64,000 bases of DNA from Acutalibacteraceae bacterium. GTDB lineage: Bacteria > Bacillota > Clostridia > Oscillospirales > Acutalibacteraceae. Of this stretch, positions 45,681-54,623 are shown piece by piece (the first letter of the stretch is position 1; every line of letters begins with the position of its first letter). The translations under genes and the position numbers were made by a program. The notes beneath the pieces were generated by a model, which saw nothing but the letters and a program-made list of their open reading frames with translations, searched no databases and had not been told where the DNA came from. The stretch lies in assembly GCA_045650165.1 (NCBI GenBank), contig JAZRQW010000024.1, positions 25,661 to 89,660 on the forward strand, read 5' to 3'.

Positions 45681-46703
45681 ATGAATCAAGACAGTGTAAA
45701 AAGGTTTGATGGTGCGGCTGCCTGCACGGGTAAAAGAATAAGGTCTTTGTTGCTTGCGTTGCCCGATAGTATCAAGTCGCAGGCGCAGGAAATCCGTCTG
45801 CGGTGCGGCCGTCCGATTACCGTGTGCGGCTTGTTCGGCGTTGTGTTTTTGCTTGATTCGGGCAGAAGCAGTTTTATTTGTTCGGAATCGGCTGTAAAGG
45901 CTTCGATTACAGATATTGAGGAATGTTTCTCTATTGTCTGCGGCCATTCCGTACATACTCACCGAAGTGGTATCTGTGCCGGCTATGTTACAGTCAGCGG
46001 TGGCCACAGAGTAGGACTGAGCGGTACAGCTGTATGCGACAGGGGTGTTGTCACGGGTGTGCGTGAGGTATCATCGGTCAATATCAGAATTTCACGGGAA
46101 TTCAAAGGGATTGCCGATGCTGTTTTTGAAAACATACGACTCAATTCAAGGGGCGGTCTTATAATTGCGGGGCCTCCGTCAAGCGGAAAAACAACGGTTT
46201 TGCGCGACCTCGCAAGGCTTCTTGGTGGTGAAGAGGGCGGCTATGCGAGAACGGTAATAATTGATGAGCGTGAGGAAATTGCCGCCTGCGTTAACGGTGT
46301 GCCCGGCAACGATATAGGTATAACCTGTGATGTTTTGTCGGGCTATCCCAAAAGTGAAGCAGTGTTTATAGCTTTGCGCTCAATGTCGCCCGAAAATATA
46401 ATAATAGACGAAATTGGCAGTATGGAGGAGGTAAGAGCGGTTGAACAGGGCCTGAACAGCGGTGTACGATTTATTCTGAGCATACATGCTTCATCAAAGG
46501 AGGATTTTATTGCCAGACCTCAGGCTGCACGCCTGATTCAGACGGGCGCCTTCAGCGGTGTTATTTTCCTTGGCGGAGCGGATGCACCGTCAACGGTTCG
46601 TGAATACATAACGGCAGGTGAGTTGATTGACAAGACTTTTAGGGACAGCTTTGCTGACGGCGGCATCGGTGTTGACAGGGTTTTATGCAGGAGCACGGGT
46701 TAA
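45681..46703 (+). CDS. spoIIIAA: stage III sporulation protein AA (ATPase)
   Basis: Walker A GPPSSGKTT and Walker B-like IIIDEIG. First gene of an eight-gene spoIIIA array. Confidence 0.9.
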   Translation: MNQDSVKRFDGAAACTGKRIRSLLLALPDSIKSQAQEIRLRCGRPITVCGLFGVVFLLDSGRSSFICSESAVKASITDIEECFSIVCGHSVHTHRSGICAGYVTVSGGHRVGLSGTAVCDRGVVTGVREVSSVNIRISREFKGIADAVFENIRLNSRGGLIIAGPPSSGKTTVLRDLARLLGGEEGGYARTVIIDEREEIAACVNGVPGNDIGITCDVLSGYPKSEAVFIALRSMSPENIIIDEIGSMEEVRAVEQGLNSGVRFILSIHASSKEDFIARPQAARLIQTGAFSGVIFLGGADAPSTVREYITAGELIDKTFRDSFADGGIGVDRVLCRSTG

Positions 46704-47136
46704 GCTTCGCTGTGAAACGCTCGGACAATGCGCTGCACTTGCTGCGTTTTTCGCTTCTTCAATCAGCCATTCGGATGAAAGCCTGCCGGTTATCGTTCAC
46801 CGTGCCTGCAAAAGCGGAAGTTTCGATCGGCTTGAATTTCTTGAAAAAATGGACAGCGCCGATTTGTCAGAAGGATTTGCGGTTGTGTGGAATGATTGTG
46901 TGGAGAGGGGAGGAGGTTGCCTCGATGCTCAAAACAAAAGCCTGCTGAAAAGTTTTGGTACACGCCTTGGGAAAACTGATTCAAATGACCAAATCCGGCT
47001 GTGCGAGTTCTATAAAAGCCGTTTTGAATTCAACGAGAATCAACTTCGTAAAAAGTGTGCGGAGCAGATAAAACTGTGTCGTGTTACGGGTGCGGCGGTT
47101 GGAGTGCTGCTATTCGTTTTTCTGTCGGGAGGATAA
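46627..47136 (+). CDS. spoIIIAB: stage III sporulation protein AB
   Basis: N-terminal TM helix LLGTALLTAASVLTGFY, about 165 aa, operon position. Start is TTG 46627 or TTG 46648, both inside the spoIIIAA 3' end. Confidence 0.8.
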   Translation: MTRLLGTALLTAASVLTGFYAGARVKLRCETLGQCAALAAFFASSISHSDESLPVIVHRACKSGSFDRLEFLEKMDSADLSEGFAVVWNDCVERGGGCLDAQNKSLLKSFGTRLGKTDSNDQIRLCEFYKSRFEFNENQLRKKCAEQIKLCRVTGAAVGVLLFVFLSGG

Positions 47137-47139
47137 GCC

Positions 47140-47334
47140 GTGGATGTGTTGATGGTTTTTAAAATTGCGGCAATAGGTATAGGGGTTGCCGTTGTACATC
47201 AGGTGCTTTCAAAGTCCGGCAGAGAAGAATATGCAATGCTGACAACATTGTCGGGTGTTCTTGCAGTTGTTATGATGCTTTTGCCGCACCTGACGGATTT
47301 GATTGATACCTTGAAAAAACTTATGGATTTTTAA
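47140..47334 (+). CDS. spoIIIAC: stage III sporulation protein AC
   Basis: 64-aa two-TM protein with the ...SGREEYA... pattern, like B. subtilis SpoIIIAC. GTG start behind GGGAGGA. Confidence 0.85.
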   Translation: MDVLMVFKIAAIGIGVAVVHQVLSKSGREEYAMLTTLSGVLAVVMMLLPHLTDLIDTLKKLMDF

Positions 47335-47337
47335 ACA

Positions 47338-47727
47338 ATGGATATACTGAAGATTTTGCTTGTTGCGCTTGCCGCCTGCATTTGTGTTGTTCTCGTTTCA
47401 CAGCACAGACCCGAGTTTTCGCTCTTGCTTGAACTTTGTGCCGTCGGGGCAATAGTCCTGCTGGCTTCCGATGCGATTGCCGGGGTTTTTGCCGAGACCA
47501 AGGAATTGGTTTCTGTTGCAAAAATAAACAGTGAGTATATTAATTTGCTGCTCAAAGCATTGGCAATTGCCCTTTGCGGCAGGGTGGTATGCGATATCTG
47601 CACCGATACGGGAAACAGGGCTGTTGCAACCTGCGCTGATATGGCGTGCAGGCTGAGCATAATGCTTTTGTCCTTGCCTATGTTAAAGGCGCTAGTGCAA
47701 CTTGCAACGGAGCTTATTGAAGGATGA
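47338..47727 (+). CDS. spoIIIAD: stage III sporulation protein AD
   Basis: 129 aa, four hydrophobic segments, operon position. Confidence 0.85.
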   Translation: MDILKILLVALAACICVVLVSQHRPEFSLLLELCAVGAIVLLASDAIAGVFAETKELVSVAKINSEYINLLLKALAIALCGRVVCDICTDTGNRAVATCADMACRLSIMLLSLPMLKALVQLATELIEG

Positions 47728-48860
47728 AAAACAAGAAAATCGGGATAATTTTTCTGCTTTGCACAATGCTTTTTTTCTTTTCGTTAAGGGCTTTGTGTGT
47801 ACAGGATAATGAGCTTTTTGAGGAACAGCTTCAAGCAAGCGGGGCCGAAGAACTTTTCGGTGTGCTGACGCGTGATGAACTTGAACTTCTTGAAACACTC
47901 GGTCTGAACGAAATGAATTTTGACAGCGTGTTTTCGCCGTCTTTGCGTTCGGTGTCGGATTTGTTCTGGCGGTTAATACGCAACGAATATAAGTCGCCGT
48001 TTGAGGCTTTGTCTGTTTCGGTAATTTGCGTGGTTGCAATTTCGGCTGTTTCACAGCTTGTGCCGGATGGTATCAGAACATCGAAAACGGTAGGACTTAC
48101 TGCGAATATTATTACAGCACTTTCAGTTGTAATTCCTCTTTCTTCGTGCATTACCCGTGCTGTGAGTGCAATTTCTCTGAGCAGCAGTTTTGTAACGGCG
48201 CTGATACCGGTATTAGCGGCAATAATAACCGCAGGTGGAAAACCTACACTTGCGCTGACATATAATTCTTTGTCTTTCGCAGCGGCGCAGGTTGTTTCTG
48301 CGCTCGGCAATCAAGTGATTCGTCCTGTGATTCAGGTGCTTATGTCACTGAGTGTGATTTCGTCTGTTTCTCAGTCGGCGGACATTACAAAAATCGTTGA
48401 TTTCGCAAAGAAGACAGTTGTTTTTATTATGAGCCTTTTCGCCACTGTTTTTGTGACTATGCTCTCGCTTAAAGGTATGCTTGCGGCTTCTGCCGATACC
48501 GTTGCTGTCAGAGGAATACGCTTTCTTATCGGCAATATGATACCTGTTGTCGGCGGTGCGGTTAGCGATGCTTATCAGTCGATTGTCGGCACACTCGGCC
48601 TTGTGAAAAACACAGTAGGTGTGTTTGCACTTGCTGCTGTTGCGGTTATAAATCTGCCTGTAATTGCGGAATGTGTTATGTGGACTTTTTCGCTCAATAT
48701 CCTGGCGCTTATCGGTGATATATTTTCGCAAAGCAGTCTTTGCGGCTTGTTTCGTGCCGTTTCCTCAGCAGTGGTTTTGCTGTGCGTTACCATAGTGCTG
48801 GAAACGCTTGTTTTCCTGCTTTCCGTGGGGCTGGTGCTTGTGATTGGGGGAAGTGCATAG
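47724..48860 (+). CDS. spoIIIAE: stage III sporulation protein AE
   Basis: 378 aa, signal-like N-terminus plus a polytopic permease-like body. ATGA overlap with spoIIIAD. Confidence 0.9.
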   Translation: MKNKKIGIIFLLCTMLFFFSLRALCVQDNELFEEQLQASGAEELFGVLTRDELELLETLGLNEMNFDSVFSPSLRSVSDLFWRLIRNEYKSPFEALSVSVICVVAISAVSQLVPDGIRTSKTVGLTANIITALSVVIPLSSCITRAVSAISLSSSFVTALIPVLAAIITAGGKPTLALTYNSLSFAAAQVVSALGNQVIRPVIQVLMSLSVISSVSQSADITKIVDFAKKTVVFIMSLFATVFVTMLSLKGMLAASADTVAVRGIRFLIGNMIPVVGGAVSDAYQSIVGTLGLVKNTVGVFALAAVAVINLPVIAECVMWTFSLNILALIGDIFSQSSLCGLFRAVSSAVVLLCVTIVLETLVFLLSVGLVLVIGGSA

Positions 48861-48863
48861 CTT

Positions 48864-49337
48864 ATGGAAAATCTGAAAAGCTGGGCAATTTGTGTTGTGG
48901 TTTCTTCGGCTGTTGCGGCGGTTGCGGAGTTGGTTGTGCCTGAAGGTGGCGGTGAAAAACCCGTTAAATTTATTACGTCGGTTTTTGTTTTGTTTGCTTT
49001 TGTTTCACCGTTTGCGGATTTTGAACACTTGTCCTTTGAATATACGCAGGGTGTGGAGGAATTTGTTGAATCATACGAGCTTGAAAAACAAGTGGAAGAG
49101 CAGGCCCGGCAGAGCCTTGAAACGCAGATAAGTTCGCTGATTTCCGCTTATATCGAAAGCACCGGTGCTGTGTGTGACAGCGTTGAAACAGATGTGGTGA
49201 TTAATGCGGATAAGGATATTTATCTGAACGGAATAACCGTTTACATATACGGAGGTAATGAGAAAATAAAGCAGAAGATAACCGACTATTCACAGGAGAA
49301 TTTTGGCGTAAAGCCTGAGATTAAGGAGATGGAATGA
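48864..49337 (+). CDS. spoIIIAF: stage III sporulation protein AF
   Basis: 157 aa, two N-terminal TM helices plus a soluble domain, operon position. Confidence 0.75.
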   Translation: MENLKSWAICVVVSSAVAAVAELVVPEGGGEKPVKFITSVFVLFAFVSPFADFEHLSFEYTQGVEEFVESYELEKQVEEQARQSLETQISSLISAYIESTGAVCDSVETDVVINADKDIYLNGITVYIYGGNEKIKQKITDYSQENFGVKPEIKEME

Positions 49338-49870
49338 AAAACCTTAAAGATGAAATTAGTCATATAGTTGCTTCGCTGAAAAATGACAGAAAAAAGTTGA
49401 TGATTTTAATTGTAGCATTAATTGGTATTATACTGATTGTAATATCTTCCGGTGCTGATGAGGGTGCGGCAGATGAAGAAACCACAGAGGCTCAGACACG
49501 GTTCAGCGAGAGTGAATATACCGCAAATCTTGAAAAAAGGCTGGAGGAAACGGTCGCTTCGCTTTACGGTGCAGGCAGAGCAAGCGTAATGGTAACGCTC
49601 GAGTGTGACTACGAAACCGTTTATGCGCGTGATGGCAGCTATTCGCAGGACGAAGCATCAAGTGACGAAAAAAATGAATATATAATCATAGATTCGTCGC
49701 AACATGAGGACGGCCTTGTCCTCAAAACCGTGACTCCGAGAGTGAGAGGAGTTGCTGTTTTGTGTGAGGGTGGCAACGACCCGTATGTGCGCGAACAGGT
49801 GAGCGAAATGATTTCGGCCTTGCTGGATATTGGCTCCAACCGTATAAGTGTGTCAAAAATACAGTATTGA
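49334..49870 (+). CDS. spoIIIAG: stage III sporulation protein AG
   Basis: Single TM helix. C-terminal RVRGVAVLCEGGNDPYVREQVSEMISALLDIGSNRISV matches the SpoIIIAG ring-building motif region. Confidence 0.8.
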   Translation: MKNLKDEISHIVASLKNDRKKLMILIVALIGIILIVISSGADEGAADEETTEAQTRFSESEYTANLEKRLEETVASLYGAGRASVMVTLECDYETVYARDGSYSQDEASSDEKNEYIIIDSSQHEDGLVLKTVTPRVRGVAVLCEGGNDPYVREQVSEMISALLDIGSNRISVSKIQY

Positions 49871-49883
49871 AGGAGAGAAAACA

Positions 49884-50423
49884 ATGAACATCATAATCAG
49901 AAAAAGACAGATAATAATGTCGGCGCTGGTCCTGGCACTCGGGTCGGCGGTGTTTGTAAACTGGTATTTCACCAAGCCGCAGACAGAACAGGTGCAGGGG
50001 GAAACACCGAGTTATTCAGTTGTCGGAGATGCTCAGTATGTAAATGCCGGTGATGAAACGCAGAATAAGGTGCAGGCAGATGCGCTGACTCAAATCAGGT
50101 CGGAACGCAATAAGGTGCACAATGAAGCGTTTGATAAGTTAAAGGCTGTGATTGACGATTCTTCTGCATCACAGTCTGCTGTTGATACTGCTGCCCGGAA
50201 ACTTGCAGAATTAACCGAGGACATAAAACTTGAAGCGGATATTGATGCGCTGATTAATGCTAAATGCGGTTTCGGGTCAATAACAACGCTTTCGGACTCG
50301 GCGGCGCAGATAGTCTGCGAAAAGGGAAGCCTGGACGGCAATGTTATTCTGCAGATAAAAGAAATTGTAATAAGTCAAGCGAAAATAAATTCTGAAAATA
50401 TTACGATTTTTGAGGCGAAATAG
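49884..50423 (+). CDS. spoIIIAH: stage III sporulation protein AH
   Basis: N-terminal TM helix, Q/E-rich linker, C-terminal YscJ/FliF-like region, operon position. ATG 49884 follows AAGGAGAG. Confidence 0.75.
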   Translation: MNIIIRKRQIIMSALVLALGSAVFVNWYFTKPQTEQVQGETPSYSVVGDAQYVNAGDETQNKVQADALTQIRSERNKVHNEAFDKLKAVIDDSSASQSAVDTAARKLAELTEDIKLEADIDALINAKCGFGSITTLSDSAAQIVCEKGSLDGNVILQIKEIVISQAKINSENITIFEAK

Positions 50424-50451
50424 TTGTATATTTATAAAATTATGCTATAAT
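50424..50451 (+). promoter_or_regulatory. candidate sigma-A promoter of the asp23-like gene
   Basis: TTGTAT (50424-50429), 16-nt spacer, TATAAT (50446-50451). Confidence 0.45.
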
Positions 50452-50484
50452 ATATAAAAAGTCCGAGAAGGAGGACGTCCGTCA

Positions 50485-50865
50485 ATGAATAATAATACAA
50501 ATTTCGGTCCGGTTTCGGGCCTTGTGATATCAGACGAAGTAATTGCTTCGATTGCACTTGGCGCGATAAAAGATGTACCCGGTGTCGGTAAACCGGTTCC
50601 CCGTCCCGCAGATATGACAAGTGTTGCAGGGTTATTTGAAAAAACTCAAAAAACCGTTGGAGTCAGCAAGGCGGACAATGTCTATTCAATCACACTTCAT
50701 ATCACCGTAAATGAGGATGCAAAAATCCCCGTTGTTGCCGCTGAGGTACAAAAGGCGGTTAAAAATGCGGTTCAGGAAATGACCTCGATGGTCGTTTCGA
50801 AAGTTAATGTGGTTATTGCGGGCGTGGAATTTCCAGATGCACCTACTCAAGAGAAAAACGATTGA
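50485..50865 (+). CDS. Asp23/Gls24-family envelope stress protein (YqhY-like)
   Basis: 126 aa with the pattern VISDEVIASIALGAIKDVPGV. Same position as yqhY downstream of spoIIIA in Bacillus. Confidence 0.85.
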   Translation: MNNNTNFGPVSGLVISDEVIASIALGAIKDVPGVGKPVPRPADMTSVAGLFEKTQKTVGVSKADNVYSITLHITVNEDAKIPVVAAEVQKAVKNAVQEMTSMVVSKVNVVIAGVEFPDAPTQEKND

Positions 50866-50873
50866 CGAATTTT

Positions 50874-50912
50874 ACCCTCTGCCGCATTTCTTTGAAGCAG
50901 AGGGTTTTTATT
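50874..50912 (+). terminator. intrinsic terminator after the asp23-like gene
   Basis: 9-bp stem ACCCTCTGC / GCAGAGGGT with a 14-nt loop, followed by TTTTTATT. Confidence 0.7.
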
Positions 50913-50969
50913 AATAATTTAAACAGAACGGGTTCGGAATTATTTCCGCACCCTATCGGAGGACAAGCT

Positions 50970-51365
50970 ATGACAAGACGTGAAGCAAGAGAACAGGCGT
51001 TCATACTCATTTTTGAAAAATCCTTCAACAGCGAGGCAGGAATTGACGAAATTCTTGACCTTGCAAAGGAACTGGAGCTGATTGAAAACGATGAGTTCCT
51101 TGAAAACCTTGTGCACAAGACCTGCGAAATGCAGCAGGAGATAGATGAACATATCAGTAGCAATGCAAAGGGCTGGAAGCTCAACAGAATTTCCAAAGTT
51201 CCGCTTGCAATTATCCGCCTCGCTCTTGCGGAAATTCTCTATTTTGAGGATGTTCCTGCAGGTGTATCAATCAATGAGGCGGTTGAGCTTGCCAAAAAGT
51301 ACGCCAATCCTGAGGATGCATCTTTTATCAACGGCCTTCTCGGTACGGTTGCGAGGTCGCTGTAA
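50970..51365 (+). CDS. nusB: transcription antitermination factor NusB
   Basis: N-terminus MTRREAREQAFILIFE, 131 aa. RBS GGAGGA before ATG 50970. The upstream ORF extension spans the terminator. Confidence 0.9.
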   Translation: MTRREAREQAFILIFEKSFNSEAGIDEILDLAKELELIENDEFLENLVHKTCEMQQEIDEHISSNAKGWKLNRISKVPLAIIRLALAEILYFEDVPAGVSINEAVELAKKYANPEDASFINGLLGTVARSL

Positions 51366-52297
51366 TGCCTTATTACCTCGGTGTTGATACAAGCAACTAT
51401 ACAACCTCACTCGGTTTTTTTGATTCTGAAAAGGGTGAGGTCATTCAGTGTAAAAAGCTCCTGCCCGTTGCCAAAGGTCAACTTGGTCTCAGGCAGGCGG
51501 ATGCCGTCTTTCACCATACGGTGCAGCTGCCCGAGCTTTTTGACGAATTAAAAAAAGACTGTGATTTATCATCCGTTTGTGCGGTTGGTGTTTCGGACAG
51601 GCCTTGCGGTGACGACGGGTCATATATGCCGTGCTTCCTTGCTGGTATCAGCGCTGCAACCGCTTTTTCTGCGGTTAATAACTTACCGCTTTTGCGCTTT
51701 ACCCATCAGCAGGGTCATATAGCTGCTGCGCTCTTTTCAGCAGGCAGGCTCGATTTGCTGAATGAAAAGTTTATAGCTTTTCACGTTTCGGGTGGTACAA
51801 CTCAGGCGCTTCTGGTTGAGCCCGACGGTGAAAATATCTGCAAAACAAGGCTCATTGCTTCCTCGCTTGATTTGAAAGCAGGACAGGCTGTTGACCGTGT
51901 TGGCGTTATGCTCGGGCTCGATTTTCCTGCGGGCAAAGAGCTGGACAGGCTTGCCTGCCTTTGCGAGGAGAAAATCAAGGTCAGACCCGTAATGCGCGGT
52001 TGTGACTGTTCACTTTCGGGTGTTGAAAACAAGTGTAAAAAAATGCTTGATGAGGGCGAAAGCAAAGAGAAAATTGCTCGCTTTTGCATTGAGTATATCT
52101 GCACTTCGCTTGACGGTATGGCAAGTGCGCTTCTCGAAGAATACGGCAAATTGCCGCTTGTTTTCTCGGGCGGCGTTATGAGTAACAGCATAATCAGCAA
52201 ACGCCTTGGTGAGAAATACGGCGCCTTTTTTGCTGCACCCGAGTTTTCTTGCGACAATGCCGCTGGTATAGCGATACTTGCATCAATGAGGAATTAA
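51365..52297 (+). CDS. TsaD/Kae1-like (peptidase M22 / ASKHA-fold) paralog
   Basis: Motifs LGVDTSNYTTS (in place of GIETSCDET), THQQGH (HxxxH metal motif), SGGVMSNSII and CDNAAGIA. 310 aa. TAATG overlap with nusB. Confidence 0.7.
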   Translation: MPYYLGVDTSNYTTSLGFFDSEKGEVIQCKKLLPVAKGQLGLRQADAVFHHTVQLPELFDELKKDCDLSSVCAVGVSDRPCGDDGSYMPCFLAGISAATAFSAVNNLPLLRFTHQQGHIAAALFSAGRLDLLNEKFIAFHVSGGTTQALLVEPDGENICKTRLIASSLDLKAGQAVDRVGVMLGLDFPAGKELDRLACLCEEKIKVRPVMRGCDCSLSGVENKCKKMLDEGESKEKIARFCIEYICTSLDGMASALLEEYGKLPLVFSGGVMSNSIISKRLGEKYGAFFAAPEFSCDNAAGIAILASMRN

Positions 52298-52298
52298 G

Positions 52299-53510
52299 AT
52301 GAACAATATTCCCGTTCTGACCGTCGGTCAGATAAACACATATATCAAGTCAATAATCGACGGAGATCCGAACCTGAATTATATTTTTGTCGTCGGTGAA
52401 ATTTCAAACTTTACAAACCACTACCGCACGGGTCACTATTATTTTACGCTCAAGGACGAATCTTCTGCCATCAAGGCGGTAATGTTCCGCAGCAGTGCGC
52501 AACGCATTAAATTCGTGCCCGAAAACGGTATGCGTGTAATTCTTCGTGGCAGAGTTTCCGTCTTTGAAAGGGACGGACAGTATCAGCTGTATGTTGAGGA
52601 TATGCAGCCTGACGGTGCAGGTGCGCTCAACCTCGCCTTTGAACAGCTTAAGACAAAACTTGAGGCGCAAGGATTGTTTGACGCTTCCCGCAAGAAGCCC
52701 ATACCCGAAATACCCGAAAGAGTAGGTGTTATCACTTCACCTACGGGTGCGGCCGTAAGGGATATACTCAACGTTCTGGGTAGGCGTTTTCCGCTTGCAA
52801 AGGTTGTCTTTTGCCCCGTTCAGGTGCAGGGCGTCAATGCCGCACCGCAGATTGCCGAGGCGATAGATTTATTTAACCGTTACGATGCTGCCGATGTGCT
52901 TATTGTTGGCAGGGGAGGCGGCTCAATAGAGGATTTGTGGGCGTTCAATGAAGAGCAGGTTGCTTTAGCTGTCAGCCGCAGTAATATTCCCGTGATTTCC
53001 GCCGTTGGTCACGAAACGGATTTCACAATCTGTGATTTCGTTGCCGATTTGCGTGCGCCCACTCCGTCAGCGGCGGCTGAGCTTGCAGTGCCGGATTGTT
53101 CAGAGCAAAGGGCCTATGTTTCGGGTCTTATGCTTCACGCATCAAGCCTTATCAAGCAGGAAATTGCCGAACAAAAGGTAAGAGTGAATACACTTTCGCA
53201 AAGCCGTGTGCTTAAGAATCCGCTTGAAACTGTTGAGATAGGCAGGCAGACGCTCGATATCCTTTTCAACCGTCTGCTCTTTGCGCAGAAGTCCAATTTT
53301 AATTTGTCGGCTTCACGCTTTGCTGAATGTTGTGCAAAGCTCGATGCGTTGAGTCCGCTCAAGGTGCTGGCCCGTGGTTATGCCGCTGTATATTCGGGCG
53401 GTAAAATTACTGACAGCGCAGAAAAAACAGATATGACAAAGAATATTTCCGTCCGCTTTGCCGACGGTGAGATAGAATGTAAACCGCTTGAAAAAAAGCT
53501 GTTTATATGA
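52299..53510 (+). CDS. xseA: exodeoxyribonuclease VII large subunit
   Basis: N-terminal OB-fold region and the motif VGRGGGSIEDLWAFNEE. Confidence 0.9.
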   Translation: MNNIPVLTVGQINTYIKSIIDGDPNLNYIFVVGEISNFTNHYRTGHYYFTLKDESSAIKAVMFRSSAQRIKFVPENGMRVILRGRVSVFERDGQYQLYVEDMQPDGAGALNLAFEQLKTKLEAQGLFDASRKKPIPEIPERVGVITSPTGAAVRDILNVLGRRFPLAKVVFCPVQVQGVNAAPQIAEAIDLFNRYDAADVLIVGRGGGSIEDLWAFNEEQVALAVSRSNIPVISAVGHETDFTICDFVADLRAPTPSAAAELAVPDCSEQRAYVSGLMLHASSLIKQEIAEQKVRVNTLSQSRVLKNPLETVEIGRQTLDILFNRLLFAQKSNFNLSASRFAECCAKLDALSPLKVLARGYAAVYSGGKITDSAEKTDMTKNISVRFADGEIECKPLEKKLFI

Positions 53511-53523
53511 TGGAGAGTTTACT

Positions 53524-53733
53524 ATGGAAAAATTGACATATGAAAAGGCGCTTGAAAAGCTTGAAAAAATAGTTGCCCAACTCGAAACAGGCAGTATTCC
53601 GCTTGAAAAATCAATGGCACTTTTTGAAGAGGCAAACAAGCTTGCCGTTTACTGCAAGGAATGTCTTGATAATGCAGAACAGAAAATAGTCCGCCTTACT
53701 TCAGACGGAACGGAGGCTGATTTCGTTGAATAA
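53524..53733 (+). CDS. xseB: exodeoxyribonuclease VII small subunit
   Basis: MEKLTYEKALEKLEKIVAQLETG, about 70 aa. The earlier ATG at 53488 overlaps xseA and is less likely. Confidence 0.85.
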   Translation: MEKLTYEKALEKLEKIVAQLETGSIPLEKSMALFEEANKLAVYCKECLDNAEQKIVRLTSDGTEADFVE

Positions 53734-54604
53734 AGCCTACAGCGAAAAAGGATATATTGAGCTTATAAATAACGCTCTTTACGGCTTGGTTGAACTTACG
53801 GGCGGTGAGGAGGACGAGGTGTCCGAAGCTATGCTTTACAGCCTGAAAAACGGCGGTAAACGTGTGCGCCCTATGCTTGTTCTCGAATTCTGCCGTGTCT
53901 GCGGCGGCAATGTTGAGGCAGCTTTGCCTTTTGCCTGCGCCGTTGAAATGATACACACCTATTCACTCATTCACGACGATTTACCGTGCATGGATGATGA
54001 CGATTTCCGCCGCGGAATGCCTTCCTGCCACAAGCAGTACGGCGAAGCAACCGCTTTGCTTGCGGGTGATGGCTTGCTCACACTTGCATTTTCTGTTCTT
54101 TCAAAAGCAGAGTTATCTGCCGAAAAGAAAATAGAGGCAGTAAAAGTGCTTGCAGACTGCGCAGGTCACCTTGGTATGATTGGCGGTCAGACAATGGACC
54201 TTGCCCACGAGGGGCAGAGCATAACTATCGACCAGCTTCGCAAGACTGACGCCCTTAAAACAGGCAGGCTTATCCGCTGTGCCTGTGCGCTCGGCTGTAT
54301 TGCCGCAGGTGCAGACGAAGAAATGCGAAAAGTCGCTGAAAAGTATGCAGACAGTATAGGTCTTGCCTTCCAGATTGTTGACGATTTGCTTGATATCACT
54401 TCAACTGCCGAGGAATTGGGCAAGCCGGTCGGCAGTGACGAAGAAAACGAAAAGTCCACTTATCCTGCCTTGCTTGGTATGGAAAAGTCTGCTCAGCTTG
54501 TTGATGAATTGACAGCTGAAGCTGTGGATGTTCTTAAAATTTTCGGCGAAAATTCCGCTTTCCTTGCCGATTATGCGGTAAGACTTTCCAGGCGTAATAA
54601 ATAA
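53726..54604 (+). CDS. ispA: (2E,6E)-farnesyl diphosphate synthase / polyprenyl synthetase
   Basis: First Asp-rich motif LIHDDLPCMDDDDFRRG and second FQIVDDLLD. TTG start overlapping the xseB stop. Confidence 0.85.
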   Translation: MNKAYSEKGYIELINNALYGLVELTGGEEDEVSEAMLYSLKNGGKRVRPMLVLEFCRVCGGNVEAALPFACAVEMIHTYSLIHDDLPCMDDDDFRRGMPSCHKQYGEATALLAGDGLLTLAFSVLSKAELSAEKKIEAVKVLADCAGHLGMIGGQTMDLAHEGQSITIDQLRKTDALKTGRLIRCACALGCIAAGADEEMRKVAEKYADSIGLAFQIVDDLLDITSTAEELGKPVGSDEENEKSTYPALLGMEKSAQLVDELTAEAVDVLKIFGENSAFLADYAVRLSRRNK

Positions 54605-54623
54605 TTTACGGAGAAATGTTCAA

